A DNA stretch of 64,000 nt. Origin: an uncultured Pseudomonadota bacterium (lineage in GTDB: Bacteria > Vulcanimicrobiota > Vulcanimicrobiia > Eremiobacterales > Eremiobacteraceae). The stretch is taken from positions 448,001-512,000 of the forward strand of contig CAVTNB010000001.1 of assembly GCA_963736005.1 (NCBI GenBank), in the 5' to 3' direction. This document shows positions 1 to 10,569 of this stretch, piece by piece. Position 1 is the stretch's first letter, and each line of letters starts with the position of its first letter. The translations under genes and the position numbers were made by a program. The notes beneath the pieces are model-generated. The model saw only the letters and a list, made by a program, of their open reading frames with translations, had not been told where the DNA came from and did no database searches.

Positions 1-433
1 TGAAGACGTGAAATCCGTGGAGGCCTGTCAACGTGAAGAACGAGGCGCCGAACGTGCTTCCCGCCCACGTATCGTGGAGATGCGTGTACTCGTATGCTTG
101 ACCGCTCAAGAACATCGATCCCAAAATAATCGTCGCGACCGTGAACCACACAAACTGCCGAATCCTGTTGTGGCGCATGCCTTCCATGGCATAGTGCATG
201 GTAGCACCACTGCCGAACAGGACGATGGAGTTGACCGCCGCGAGATAGAGATACGGACGTTCGATGCCCGCAGGCGGCCAGATGGGCGCGGCCGTGCGCA
301 AATACAGATACGAAAAGATGAAATCGCCGAAGATGACGCAGTCACTGATGAGGAAAAAGAGGAAGCCGAGAAGCCGCTGGCCGCGTACTTCTTGATACTC
401 CGCGTCGCTGATTGCGTGGACGTTTGCTGCCAT
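1..433 (-). CDS. ctaE: Cytochrome c oxidase subunit III (3' end outside window)
   Basis: Manual translation from ATG at 433: MAANVHAISDAEYQEVRGQRLLGFLFFLISDCVIF...GQAYEY...FFTLTGLHGFHV, typical COX3 motifs; directly follows ctaD. Not in the ORF track. Confidence 0.9.
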   Translation of the reverse strand, partial: MAANVHAISDAEYQEVRGQRLLGFLFFLISDCVIFGDFIFSYLYLRTAAPIWPPAGIERPYLYLAAVNSIVLFGSGATMHYAMEGMRHNRIRQFVWFTVATIILGSMFLSGQAYEYTHLHDTWAGSTFGASFFTLTGLHGFHVF

Positions 434-435
434 GA

Positions 436-2093
436 TTAATGCATCGGCACCTTCGCCAGCTCTTGACTGACGTTCGCATAGGGCAGCGGTTTGCCATAAT
501 CATATGGGCCTGAAAGGACGATGGGGATGTCCTTGAAGTTGTAATACGGGAGCGGGGGACGGAATCATCCACTCGAGGGTCCGGCCTCCCCAAGGATTTG
601 GACCTGCAATCTCGCCGTGTTTCGCGCTGCGCAAGGCGTTGTAGAGAAAGATCAGCATCGAGGCTCCCAGCACGAACGCCGAGATCGAAACGAAGAGGTT
701 GGTACCCGCATACGGCTGGATCGTACGTGGCCACGCGGCGCGGCATGCCGAGCAGCCCAATCCAGTGCATCGGCAAGAACGTCGCGTTGAAACTAATGAA
801 CATCAGCCAGAAATGCCACTTGGCAAGGCGCTCGTCGAGCAAGCGGCCCGTCATTTTCGGCCACCAATAATAGAGTCCGGCAAAAATGCCGAACACGCTG
901 CCTCCGAAGAGCACGTAGTGCAGGTGCGCCACGACGAAGTACGACGCATGTTCGTGCACGTCGATCGGCACCGACGCAAGCAGTATCCCCGTGAAGCCTC
1001 CGAACGTGAACGTCGACAAGAAGCCCAGCACGAAGAGAAGCGGGCTGTCGAGGCGGACCTTGCCACCCCACAGCGTCGCCACCCAACTGAAGATCTTGAT
1101 CCCGGTGGGCACGGCGATCGTCATCGTGAGGATCATGAAGAGAAATTGTTCCCAATGCTGCAGGCCGCTCGTAAACATGTGGTGCGCCCATACCATGAAC
1201 GACAGCAAGCCGATGGTAGCGGATGAATACGCGATTGCCTTATAGCCGAAGATCGGCCGGCGCACGAAGGTTGGAATGATTTCAGACACAAGCCCAAAGG
1301 CGGGCAAAATCATGATATAGACTGCAGGGTGCGAATAAAACCAAAAGACATGCTGCCACAACACCGGTGCCCCGCCCTTTGCGACATCGTAAAACGGTAC
1401 GCCAAAGGTCCGTGCGATAAAGAGACCCGCAAGCGCAGCGGACAGATTCGCCGTGGCAATCATCGAAAGAAACGCCGTGGTCGCGGTCGCCCAGACGAAC
1501 AGTGGCATGCGCGTATACGTCATGCCGGGCGCTCGCATTTTGACCACGGTCACGAGGAAGTTCAACCCCGTGATGGTCGCGGACACGCCGATCAGGAAGA
1601 TCGCCATGCACCACATGCTCGTGCCAAACGGCATTTGCAGCGTAATGGGCGGATACTCGGTCCAACCGGCCTGGGGTGCGCCATAGAGGAAACTGGCGAA
1701 CAGCAAGATGCCAGCCGGCGGGAAGAGCCAGAAGCTGATCATGTTCAACCATGGAAAGGCGACGTCTCGCGCACCGATTTGCAACGGCATGACCAGGTTG
1801 CCAAAACCGCCCGTGAGCAGCGGGATGATCACGAGCCACACCATGGCCGAGCCGTGAACGCTGTACGCTTCATTGTAGGTGGTGACGCTAAGCACGTGAT
1901 TGTTCGGTCCAGCCAGTTGCGCCCGCATGATTTCAGCGAGCAAACCCGCCAAAATGAAGAACAGGCCGCCGGTGAGGAAGTATTGCACGGCGATCACTTT
2001 GTGGTCGAGGCTGAAGACGTACTTCTTGATGAACGTGTCCGGAGGCGGGTGGATGTGGCCGCCCGCGGCTGCCCCGACTTCAGCTACTGACAT
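436..2093 (-). CDS. ctaD: Cytochrome c oxidase subunit I, A2 type; frameshifts near ~715 and ~550
   Basis: DHKVI, HG, FWFYSHPAVY (YS motif of A2 family), WAHHMF, VVAHLHY, GMPRR. The C-terminus (NPWGGRTLEW) continues in other frames to TAA at 436. Confidence 0.93.
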
Positions 2094-2121
2094 TGCTCTG
2101 CTCCATCAATAGTCTTCTTCT

Positions 2122-3231
2122 CTAGTGCAGCGTCTTAAGGTAAGCAATCAGATCGGAGATGTCTTGCGCGCTCAGCCCGTTTGCTTGCATGTCCGGCATG
2201 GTACCCATGTCGCCATGCGCGCCATGCTCCAAGATATCGGCGACGTTGTCCGGCGACGCCTTCTTGCCGGTGACGAGCGTCGGATGGCTCGGATCGTCAA
2301 ACAAATTCGCGAGTCCTGGACCAACTTTCCGCTGCGCAAAGGGGGCGGCATTGTGGCAAACAGTGCATTTTGTGTTGAAGAGAGCTTGGCCCCCACTGGC
2401 GTGCCCAGCGGCGAAGTTTATTGGAATCATCGCGCTCGTTCCCGCCAAGCCTGCGTGTTGCTGCGCCGCATACCACGCATCAAAAGCAGGTTTGCTTTGC
2501 ACAACGATGCTTCCCCACATGTGAGAATGGCCGAGGCCGCAAAACTCGGCACACACAATGCGGAACGTGCCAATCTCGCTTGGTGTGAAATGAATCGGCA
2601 CGACCATCCCGGGAATCATATCTTGCTTGAGCCGGAACTCGGGTACCCAAAACGAGTGTAAGACCGCGCCGGTGAGAACATCGGTTGTCTGCTCGGATGA
2701 CGTAATGTCAAGCGTCACTGGTACGCCGACAGGTAAGTGCATCTCGTTCATCACGGACTGGCGCAAACCGGGATAGCGAAACTCGAAATACCACTTGTGG
2801 CCGATTGCCTCCATCGTCACCGCGCTCGCGGCAGCCTGTCCAGTCGGATAATACATGGGAATGACGATGTAGCTCAAGACGGCGAGCACGACCATCAGAA
2901 TTGCTGGAACGACCGTCCAAGTGGTCTCGAGCGCCCGATTATCGTGAATCTCCGATCCAACTGCATCCATGGGTTCGTCTGGCCGGTGCCGGTAGCGAAT
3001 GGCAAAGTAGATCATCATGCCGTTCACGTACACGAGAATCGGCACACCGAAGAACCAGCAGAACTTGAAGAGCCTGTCGATCGGGACGCTGACGGTTGAC
3101 GCTTCCGGCAAGAAGCGCTCGATGGGAAAAATCACGACGACGTACATGAGCACCGCGCTGATCGCAGCCATGACGATCACGGCTCGCCAAAAGCCGGCAT
3201 CAAGCAGCGGTTGAGAACGCTCTTGTTTCAA
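2122..3231 (-). CDS. ctaC: Cytochrome c oxidase subunit II with fused C-terminal cytochrome c (caa3 type)
   Basis: LETTWT, HSFWVP, CuA motif CAEFCGLGHSHM, heme-binding CTVCH and distal MP; TTG start with GGAG RBS. Confidence 0.93.
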   Translation of the reverse strand: MKQERSQPLLDAGFWRAVIVMAAISAVLMYVVVIFPIERFLPEASTVSVPIDRLFKFCWFFGVPILVYVNGMMIYFAIRYRHRPDEPMDAVGSEIHDNRALETTWTVVPAILMVVLAVLSYIVIPMYYPTGQAAASAVTMEAIGHKWYFEFRYPGLRQSVMNEMHLPVGVPVTLDITSSEQTTDVLTGAVLHSFWVPEFRLKQDMIPGMVVPIHFTPSEIGTFRIVCAEFCGLGHSHMWGSIVVQSKPAFDAWYAAQQHAGLAGTSAMIPINFAAGHASGGQALFNTKCTVCHNAAPFAQRKVGPGLANLFDDPSHPTLVTGKKASPDNVADILEHGAHGDMGTMPDMQANGLSAQDISDLIAYLKTLH

Positions 3232-3296
3232 ACTTTCTCCATCACGAAGCGTTGACGCCGACTTACACGCTCGTCGCGGCGCATCCTATCTTGATC

Positions 3297-3381
3297 TGCC
3301 GAAGGTGGGAGTCGAACCCACATGAGGGGTGACCTCGCGCGATTTTGAGTCGCGTGCGTCTGCCAGTTCCGCCACTCCGGC
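3297..3381 (-). tRNA. tRNA-Leu (anticodon CAA), CCA not encoded
   Basis: Reverse complement GCCGGAGTGGCGGAACTGGCAGACGCACGCGACTCAAAATCGCGCGAGGTCACCCCTCATGTGGGTTCGACTCCCACCTTCGGCA: 7-bp acceptor stem, D loop, CT-CAA-AA loop, long variable arm, GTTCGA T loop. Confidence 0.95.
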
Positions 3382-3425
3382 GACAAATGTCGAAGTTTGA
3401 GTAAGAGCGCCCCGCATCCTCGCAA

Positions 3426-4853
3426 TCACGACTCGTTAAAGTGCGGCAAGAGGAGCGCAAGCGGCGCACAGGCGGCCGCGAGCGCGCACGAAAGCACGAA
3501 ATCCAAGCGAAAGCTTTGTGATGCCTGCGCGCCGCTGAAATGAAGGAAGGCGGTTACTGCGGCAGGGGCGGTAATCGCGCCGGTGCTCGAAAACATCGTC
3601 AGAAGTCCGTTTGCTGCGCCACTGCGCTGCTGGCTGACGTACCGGAGCATAAGCGCGTTTGGCGGGGCGCTGGCAAGCCCAACGCCGAGGCCAACGACAG
3701 CAAACGACAATAAGACGGCAAACATGCCATGCGCCGCTGCGAGAATACTCTCACCTATGGCAACCGTCACGACCCCTACGACCAAGAGCGATCGAAGGTC
3801 CATGCGTTTGGACAACCAGCCACCTAGGCCTTGACCGGCCCCGAGCGGCAGCGCCAACGCGAGCAACGCAACGCCCGCTTGCGCCGCGCTCGCATGAAAT
3901 TGCGTCATGTAATATGCAGCAGAATACATGGTGACCGAGAAGACCGGTATGCCAGTGATGGCTGCGATCAAATAGAGCAGCAGTGGCCCGCGGTTCGCGA
4001 AAAGCGCCGGTTCAAAAAATGGATCGGCAGTCTTGCTCTCCCAGAGCGCGAGTGCCACAAGCACTGCGATGGCGCCAAGAATCCAAATCCAGGTGCCGGG
4101 CGCCGACCCGTTCGCGGCGAGCATCACGCACAAAGCGGCAGCGGGCAACAAGACGATCGCTCCGGCATCCAGCCCCACGCGCTCCACCGGCCCGTCGTCT
4201 TGCGGTATTCGCAGGGCCAGCACGAGCGCGCCGACCGCGAGCGGAACGTTGATCCAAAAAATAAGGTGCCACGGGTAGGTGACGAGTTCGGCGTGCAAAG
4301 CGCCGGAAAGAAAGACTCCCTTGCCGAGCGCGTTGCCCCCGTCGATGAGAAGGCCGCCAAGGACAGCGCCGAGTGCGCCGGCAAGCGCGAACATGCCGTA
4401 GGTAAGGTATAACGCGCCGCTTTGCCGTTCTTTCGGTACCCGCTGACCGATGATCGCAATTGCGGCAGGCTGGAGCGCTCCGGCGCCGAGCGATTGCACC
4501 ACGCGTCCCAGCACGAGGCTGACGAGCGAGGTTGACAGCGCGCATGCGATCGATCCAAGTAAGAAAATTGCGAGCGCAGAAATGAAGACGGTGCGGCGAC
4601 CACGAGCATCCGACAGGCGCCCGGCAATGGGTTGCGCGATGAGCGAGCCCGTCGCGTAGATCGCCATGATCCATCCGACTTGCGCGAGCGTCGAGCCAAG
4701 CGATGTTGAGATGCTGACGAGCGAAGGAGCGATGACAGTCATCTGCAGCGCGCGCAAGAAAATGCCGAGCAGCAGCGGGGGCATGACGATGACCGGCCGG
4801 TAGCTAGTTGTGGCTTGGGTGTTCGTAGGGACCGGGATTACGGCTTCGCGCAC
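3426..4853 (-). CDS. MFS transporter, DHA2/EmrB-like; start uncertain
   Basis: Motif A GRLSDARGRR, GRVVQSLGAG, WHLIFWINVP, about 14 hydrophobic segments. The ORF-track N-terminus MENRP is translated REP sequence. Confidence 0.85.
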   Translation of the reverse strand: MREAVIPVPTNTQATTSYRPVIVMPPLLLGIFLRALQMTVIAPSLVSISTSLGSTLAQVGWIMAIYATGSLIAQPIAGRLSDARGRRTVFISALAIFLLGSIACALSTSLVSLVLGRVVQSLGAGALQPAAIAIIGQRVPKERQSGALYLTYGMFALAGALGAVLGGLLIDGGNALGKGVFLSGALHAELVTYPWHLIFWINVPLAVGALVLALRIPQDDGPVERVGLDAGAIVLLPAAALCVMLAANGSAPGTWIWILGAIAVLVALALWESKTADPFFEPALFANRGPLLLYLIAAITGIPVFSVTMYSAAYYMTQFHASAAQAGVALLALALPLGAGQGLGGWLSKRMDLRSLLVVGVVTVAIGESILAAAHGMFAVLLSFAVVGLGVGLASAPPNALMLRYVSQQRSGAANGLLTMFSSTGAITAPAAVTAFLHFSGAQASQSFRLDFVLSCALAAACAPLALLLPHFNES

Positions 4854-4883
4854 GCTCAGAGGCAGGCTCCAAGAAGGGCGAAT

Positions 4884-4910
4884 GGGGCGATTTTCCAATC
4901 GCCCCCTACA
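4884..4910 (-). repeat. GTAG-type REP, family A
   Basis: Minus strand TGTAG-GGGGCGATT-GGAA-AATCGCCCC; same element at 24286, 38294 and 41638. Confidence 0.85.
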
Positions 4911-4913
4911 GCC

Positions 4914-6728
4914 TTAGACATGGCCGAAACGATCGATAACCATGCCGCTGAATAGCAGCGCTAGGTACAGCATGGAGAATTTGTACATCGTCAATTCGCT
5001 CTTGCGCGTCCCAGCGGCGGCGACCCACAAGGCGCCCGCGAGGAACAGCGCATCAAGCACAAGGGTGATCGCCAGGTAGGTCAGGCCCATGAGATGCATG
5101 GGAACCATCACGAGCGTCAAGGCGATGAGCACCCACGAGTACAGCACGATCTGTTGCTTTGTGACGGCCTCACCCCGAACGGCGGGCAACATGGGGATGC
5201 CCACTTTGGCGTATTCATCCTTCTTCATCAGCGCGAGGCTCCAAAAATGTGGCGGTGTCCAAACGAACACGATCAAGAAGAGCAGATACGCGGTCACGTC
5301 GAGGTGATGAGTGACCGCAGCCCACCCGACAAGCGGTGGAATCGAACCTGCAGCGCCGCCAATCACGATGTTCTGCGGCGTGGTCCGTTTGAGCCACATC
5401 GTGTAAATGAAGACGTAGTAGAGAATCCCGATAGTCGAGAGGGTGGCTGCGAGCGGGTTTACAGCGACCCAAAGTTCGACAAACGCGAGCAGACCCAACA
5501 CGATGCCAAAAAACAGTGCGTTACGGGCGGGGACACGGCCGCTCGGAATCGGACGCAACTTGGTGCGCGACATCTGCGCGTCCAAATCGCGATCCAGATA
5601 CATGTTGATGCTCGCCGCCGACGCGGATGCAAGCGCGCCCCCTAGCAGCGTCCAAAAGACCAGTGACAGCGACGGCAGGCCGCCCGCGGCCATCATCATC
5701 GTCGCAAACGTGGTGAACAGTAGGAGTGACATGACGTTCGGTTTTGTCAGCTGCACGTAGCTTTTCGCCGTTGACCACGGCGCTGGATCAGCAGCCGCCG
5801 CGCGACCAAGCTGCGAGCGGTAGGTAACCAGTGCAAGAGTAGCAACGAAGAGCACGCCTGTTGCCTGGTGGACGGAACGCAGCAGGGGGACGAGCCCAGA
5901 CACCACCGTGAGGACTCCGAGCCCAACTTGCGCGATTGCCAAACCGAGCGCCAGCCACACGAGGCGCCGAAAATCCAAAGGCAACCTCTTGGTGGTGGCG
6001 GTCGCAATGGCGAGCGCCACGACGAGCGCAAAAGTCGCATACGCGGCAAAGCGGTGACCCATGTGAATCTCACCGGCGAGCGTCGTGGCGCCTGACCAGC
6101 CGTTGCATAGTGGAAAACCGGTACAAGCGCCCCCCGCATGTGACGCACTCATGTACCCGCCAGCAATAACCGCGACCAACGCGACGATCGTGCTCAAGAG
6201 CGCGAGAGCCGCGAGCGCTGGTGCTACCGCGACCTTGGTCTGCAAGATCTTCCGGTCATCGAGCTCTTCCCATGCACAATATGAGAGCAGCAGTAAGCTG
6301 ACAAACGTGCCGATCCCGACGACCAAGTGCGCCGCGACGCTCGGGGGACTATTCGCATACCGGATCGTGAGCGCGCCGATGATAATCTGCACCGCTACCA
6401 TTGCAAGAGAGACCCACGCAAAGCGCATTGCTTCGGGGAGTTCGCGTCGAGAGCGAAAGGCCAGCACGAACGCGGCGACGATGAGCAGGGTGAGAATTGG
6501 CGCGCCCAGCCGGTGCGCCCATTCGTAGAATACGGTTCCATTGAGGTTCGGAAACCAGACGCCCCGACAGCGTGGCCAATCAGGACAGGTCATCCCGGCG
6601 CCATTGATGCGAACGATCGCGCCCCAAACCACCAAAGCAAAGGCAAACACCGCTGCAACCGTGCTCGTCAGCTTGAGGCCTACAAAGCGTGTTGTCGTTG
6701 TGCTCGACATTGATATGGCGGTTTCCAT
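4914..6728 (-). CDS. Fused heme A synthase (CtaA/COX15) and heme O synthase (CtaB/CyoE)
   Basis: N-half GMTCPDWPRC, EWAHR, ACTGFPLC, HMGHR; C-half LTKP, NMYLDRDLDAQMSRTKLRPIP, WTPPHFWSLA. One uninterrupted frame; start at ATG 6728 or 6710. Confidence 0.9.
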   Translation of the reverse strand: METAISMSSTTTTRFVGLKLTSTVAAVFAFALVVWGAIVRINGAGMTCPDWPRCRGVWFPNLNGTVFYEWAHRLGAPILTLLIVAAFVLAFRSRRELPEAMRFAWVSLAMVAVQIIIGALTIRYANSPPSVAAHLVVGIGTFVSLLLLSYCAWEELDDRKILQTKVAVAPALAALALLSTIVALVAVIAGGYMSASHAGGACTGFPLCNGWSGATTLAGEIHMGHRFAAYATFALVVALAIATATTKRLPLDFRRLVWLALGLAIAQVGLGVLTVVSGLVPLLRSVHQATGVLFVATLALVTYRSQLGRAAAADPAPWSTAKSYVQLTKPNVMSLLLFTTFATMMMAAGGLPSLSLVFWTLLGGALASASAASINMYLDRDLDAQMSRTKLRPIPSGRVPARNALFFGIVLGLLAFVELWVAVNPLAATLSTIGILYYVFIYTMWLKRTTPQNIVIGGAAGSIPPLVGWAAVTHHLDVTAYLLFLIVFVWTPPHFWSLALMKKDEYAKVGIPMLPAVRGEAVTKQQIVLYSWVLIALTLVMVPMHLMGLTYLAITLVLDALFLAGALWVAAAGTRKSELTMYKFSMLYLALLFSGMVIDRFGHV

Positions 6729-6818
6729 CCAAGCTTCAGCTTTTTCCTGTGGCCCAGCAGCGTGGCATTTCCTCGTATCCCCCAAAGTCGCAGAGCATGC
6801 AGAGAGGTTGCCTCCGCT

Positions 6819-8120
6819 GTGAGCGCGCATCAGCTCGTCGTGGACCGTTTGCATCTCCCCGCTCCTGCCGCCCGGCGCGCAACCCTTGTGCTGCCCGGAG
6901 ACAAATCGGTATCGCACCGCGCCTTCATGCTCGCTGCGATTGCCACCGGCAAGACCACGATCAGGGGCGCAAATGCCGGCGCGGACGTGCACGCGACCAT
7001 TGCCGCGTTGCGCCAAGTCGGCGTCAGGATCAACCGAACCCGCAATGGATTTGTGGTGCACGGCGACAGCACATTTCGCGCTCCTCACGACACGATCGAC
7101 TGCGGCAATTCCGGAACAACGATGCGATTGCTCGCGGGGCTACTCGCCGGCCGCGTTCACGCCGTGCTCGACGGCAATGCGAGTCTGCGCCGACGGCCGA
7201 TGCTCCGCGTGGCGCAGCCCCTCAACGAAATGGGCGCGGATATCCGCACCAGTTCGCACGGCCGGCCACCCTTGCGTCTTCGCGGGTGCGGGCAGCTGCA
7301 TGGCGCTCGCGTTCGGGTGGACGTTGCGTCTGCCCAGGTCAAATCGGCAATCTTGCTGGCCGCGGTGCACGCCTCCAGCCCAACGACCATTCGATTGAAG
7401 TTCGACTCACGCGATCACACAGAACGGATGCTTCGGGCATTTGGGGGCAAGATTGCCGTTCGCGGACGAACCATCCAGGTGCAGCCTTCGCCGCTTACGT
7501 CGCCGCGCAGCCTTGAGATCTTCGGCGATCTGTCCGCCGCGGTCTATTTCGCCTGTGCTGGCGCGCTCGTCCGAGGGTCCCACTTGCGCTTGCAAAAAGT
7601 AGGCGTAAATCCCACTCGCACCGCCATCCTCGATGTGCTCCGCGCTATGGGCGTGCATGTCGACATCATCCCCTCGCGCGGAAGCGCTGGCGAGCCCGCA
7701 GCCGATCTCGTGATTCACGGAGGCTATCCGCTGCGCTGCGTGCCAATCAAACAGAACATCGTGCCGGAAATCATCGATGAAATACCTGCATTGTGCGCGC
7801 TCGCTGCCACTGCGGTTGGGGTGTTACGCATTCGCGGTGCAATGGAGTTACGCCATAAGGAATCCGACCGAATCGCCACAATAGTCGCGCTACTGAAGCA
7901 ATTTGGTGTGCGCGCGGAGGCGAAACATGATGGCATCGAGCTGCGCGGCGGTCAAACCCTACGGGCGCCGACGACGATTGATACGCGCGGAGATCATCGC
8001 ATCGGAATGGCGGCGGCAATCTTAGCGGTTGCGACACGCGCACCACTCATCATCGAGCACAGCGCGTGTATTGCAACATCTTTTCCTGGATTTGCCCGCG
8101 CATGGCGGGCGGCATTCTAG
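6819..8120 (+). CDS. aroA: 3-phosphoshikimate 1-carboxyvinyltransferase (EPSP synthase)
   Basis: PGDKSVSHR, DCGNSGTTMRL, SAQVKSA, SRDHTERML, ELRHKESDRI, DHRIGM. Confidence 0.95.
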   Translation: MSAHQLVVDRLHLPAPAARRATLVLPGDKSVSHRAFMLAAIATGKTTIRGANAGADVHATIAALRQVGVRINRTRNGFVVHGDSTFRAPHDTIDCGNSGTTMRLLAGLLAGRVHAVLDGNASLRRRPMLRVAQPLNEMGADIRTSSHGRPPLRLRGCGQLHGARVRVDVASAQVKSAILLAAVHASSPTTIRLKFDSRDHTERMLRAFGGKIAVRGRTIQVQPSPLTSPRSLEIFGDLSAAVYFACAGALVRGSHLRLQKVGVNPTRTAILDVLRAMGVHVDIIPSRGSAGEPAADLVIHGGYPLRCVPIKQNIVPEIIDEIPALCALAATAVGVLRIRGAMELRHKESDRIATIVALLKQFGVRAEAKHDGIELRGGQTLRAPTTIDTRGDHRIGMAAAILAVATRAPLIIEHSACIATSFPGFARAWRAAF

Positions 8121-8135
8121 TGTTTGAGCGTCGCG

Positions 8136-8492
8136 CTAGTCGTCAGCCATCGAACCTTGGAGCGTGGGTACGAACGTCCTCAGAAAAAGAAGGGTGGCAA
8201 ACGCAACTCGGTCCACACTCAAACCAAGAAGCGCCGCGCTCGCGGCGATGTCGGCAATCCGCAGTCCGATGCGAGCGACGCGTTCTTGCGAGTCGCTCAG
8301 TTTTTGAGCGACGCCTTGGAATTGTTCTCCGCTTTGCGCTTTGCGCAAGGCAATCAAGGTTAGATGCGAACCTAAGGCACGTGCCCGCCTGGCAAGTGCT
8401 GATGCCCGCAGCCCAAACACAACGATCGCAGTCAGCGTGCCGAGGAACGCTGCGGCGCACACCGACAATCCGGCGATGCTGGCCGGACTCAC
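8136..8492 (-). CDS. Small protein with N-terminal TM helix and coiled-coil-like body
   Basis: Hydrophobic N-terminus; GTGA overlap with the upstream FmdB-like gene. Confidence 0.55.
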   Translation of the reverse strand: MSPASIAGLSVCAAAFLGTLTAIVVFGLRASALARRARALGSHLTLIALRKAQSGEQFQGVAQKLSDSQERVARIGLRIADIAASAALLGLSVDRVAFATLLFLRTFVPTLQGSMADD

Positions 8493-8824
8493 GATGACTT
8501 CTTCGAATCAGAGGGCTTTGGATCGCTGCTCTTCGGTTTCGCTTCGCTTGCCGGCTTGCTCTCGCTCGACTTGCCCTCAGCCGGCTTGCCGTCCGTCTTT
8601 TGGGGCTCCGGTTTGGACTGGTCGGCCGGATCCTTGCGAACCCCGGACGTTGAGTAGTCGGTCTTGTGGAACCCTGAACCCTTAAAAACCACCCCAACAG
8701 GGTGAAAGACCCGCACGAGCTGCCCACCGCAGGCCGAGCATTTGGTTGGCCGCGCGTCGTTAAATCCGTGCTCGATTTCGTGCGTGCGCCCGCACGCTTT
8801 GCAGCGATATTCGTAGACAGGCAT
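8489..8824 (-). CDS. FmdB-family zinc-ribbon regulatory protein
   Basis: MPVYEYRCKACG...CSACGG...FKGSGFHKTDY plus low-complexity S/K/P tail. Confidence 0.9.
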   Translation of the reverse strand: MPVYEYRCKACGRTHEIEHGFNDARPTKCSACGGQLVRVFHPVGVVFKGSGFHKTDYSTSGVRKDPADQSKPEPQKTDGKPAEGKSSESKPASEAKPKSSDPKPSDSKKSS

Positions 8825-8851
8825 TGGGATTGCTCATTTCGCCGAGCCGCT

Positions 8852-9391
8852 CTACCCTACCCGCACGCTTGGCGCAGCCACGACCGCCTTGACTTCTCCT
8901 ATGGCGCTGTCAAGGCGCCCATAGTCTTCGGCGGCAGCGGTTTCGCCGGCCCGTTCTTCGAGGATATTCTTTAGGTGCACGAGCGAGTCACGGAGTGCTT
9001 TGCGCAAACGCCCCCGCCCGACGATTGCGTGATACACGGCTGGCAGGCTGCCCCCATACACAGGGTAGCCTATCGAACAGGCGAGTCGCGTCATTTGTCC
9101 ACGCCGCTCGAATCGGAAATCGATTCGACGCGCAGTGGAAAAAAACGACTCAAATGAAAGGAACGCGTTTCGTATGAAGCGCGTCACTTCGAAGCTTTCC
9201 TGCCAACGCCGCCGGCCGGCGTGCATGCACACGTGCACCTCGACGCCCTGCGCCAGAGGTTTGTCCTCTGGCGCCGCGGCTGAGACGACGCAGGTGAACC
9301 ACGTCGGCCAACGAGCGAGGTCCGACACGTAGTCGAAGACGGACTCTGCAGGAGCGCGCACGTCCGCGTGCTCGCTCGCCAGGCATTTCAT
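8852..9391 (-). CDS. SRPBCC (polyketide cyclase/START-like) family protein
   Basis: VRAPAESVFDYVSDLARWPTW and C-terminal helix LVHLKNILE. Confidence 0.75.
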   Translation of the reverse strand: MKCLASEHADVRAPAESVFDYVSDLARWPTWFTCVVSAAAPEDKPLAQGVEVHVCMHAGRRRWQESFEVTRFIRNAFLSFESFFSTARRIDFRFERRGQMTRLACSIGYPVYGGSLPAVYHAIVGRGRLRKALRDSLVHLKNILEERAGETAAAEDYGRLDSAIGEVKAVVAAPSVRVG

Positions 9392-9406
9392 CGCCCGCGA
9401 GTACCC

Positions 9407-10471
9407 CTACCGATGATAGCGCAAGAACGCGGGCACTTCGATCTCGTCCATGCTGACCGGAGCGACCTTCTCGATTTCACCAACGCCGATGACCCTTTGG
9501 CGATCGCGCGCCCGAGAGCCAAAGCCGGTGGCGAGCACGGTGACCCGCACCTCATTTTGCAACCGGTCGTCGATCGTGGCGCCGAAGATAACCTCGGCGT
9601 CGGGATCGACAGCTTTGCTGATGAGCTCGGCAGCTTCGTTCGACCTCGAACATCGAGAGATCGGGTCCGCCGTAGATGTTGAAGATAACACCGCGTGCGC
9701 CGTCGATCGTGGCCTCGAGCAACGGGCTTGAGATGGCTTTGTGCGCCGCGTCGGCAGCCCGATGCTCGCCCGTGCCGGTCCCAATCCCCATGAGCGCAGA
9801 GCCAGCGTCGGTCATGACGCGCCGCACATCGGCGAAATCAAGATTGATGAGGCCTGGTTGCGTGATCAGATCGGTGATGCCCTGAATGCCTTGGCGCAGC
9901 ACGTCATCGGCGTACGAGAACGCTTCGAGCAAGGGCGTGCGCTTTTCGATAACCGTCAAGAGCCGGTCGTTCGGTATGACGATCAGCGTGTCGACCTTCT
10001 GCTCGAGTTCGGCGATGCCGCGATCGGCGATCTGCGCTCGTCTGCGCAATTCGAACCCGAAGGGCTTGGTCACCACACCCACCGTCAAGGCGCCGGCGGC
10101 GCGAGCCAGTTCGGCGAGAATCGGCGAGGCACCCGTGCCCGTGCCGCCGCCCATGCCCGCAGTGATGAACACGAGGTCGGTACCTTCGACGAGCATCGCC
10201 AAGATCGTCGCTAGATTCTTCTGCGGCTTGGCGGCCGATCTCCGGATCGGCTCCCGCGCCGAGCCCTCGCGTAAGATTTTGGCCGATCTGCAGCGTGTTC
10301 TCCGTGCGTGAAGATCTTCAGCGCCTGAACGTCCGTATTGACGGCGAAGAAATCCGCGCCTTTGATTCCGGCATCGACCATGCGGTTAATTGCGTTACAA
10401 CCTCCGCCACCAATGCCGATGACTTTGATGGTTGCCATGTGCTCGGGAACGTAACGGCGCTCTGCGGTCAT
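9407..10471 (-). CDS. ftsZ: Cell division protein FtsZ (several frameshifts)
   Basis: [35 protein letters not shown] and C-terminal EVPAFLR are spread over three or more frames. Confidence 0.92.
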
Positions 10472-10569
10472 TGCTTCTCCCTTCTCTGGATGAATTGAAC
10501 GAGGTGTAGAAATGTTCTCGGGGTTGTCATTTTTTGTGTCGCCAGGCTTTGGGCGCTTGCGCTGGGTTG

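Noticed and set aside
3297..3381. tRNA as an integration site of a mobile element
   Set aside because: No integrase and no duplicated tRNA 3' end in the window.
4854..4898. Shared peptide MENRP/LENRP in several ORFs (4898, 24300, near 38300)
   Set aside because: It is translation of the family A REP, not a protein motif.
6729..7088. 120-aa N-terminal extension on the heme synthase fusion
   Set aside because: It overlaps aroA on the opposite strand; an artefact of longest-ORF calling.
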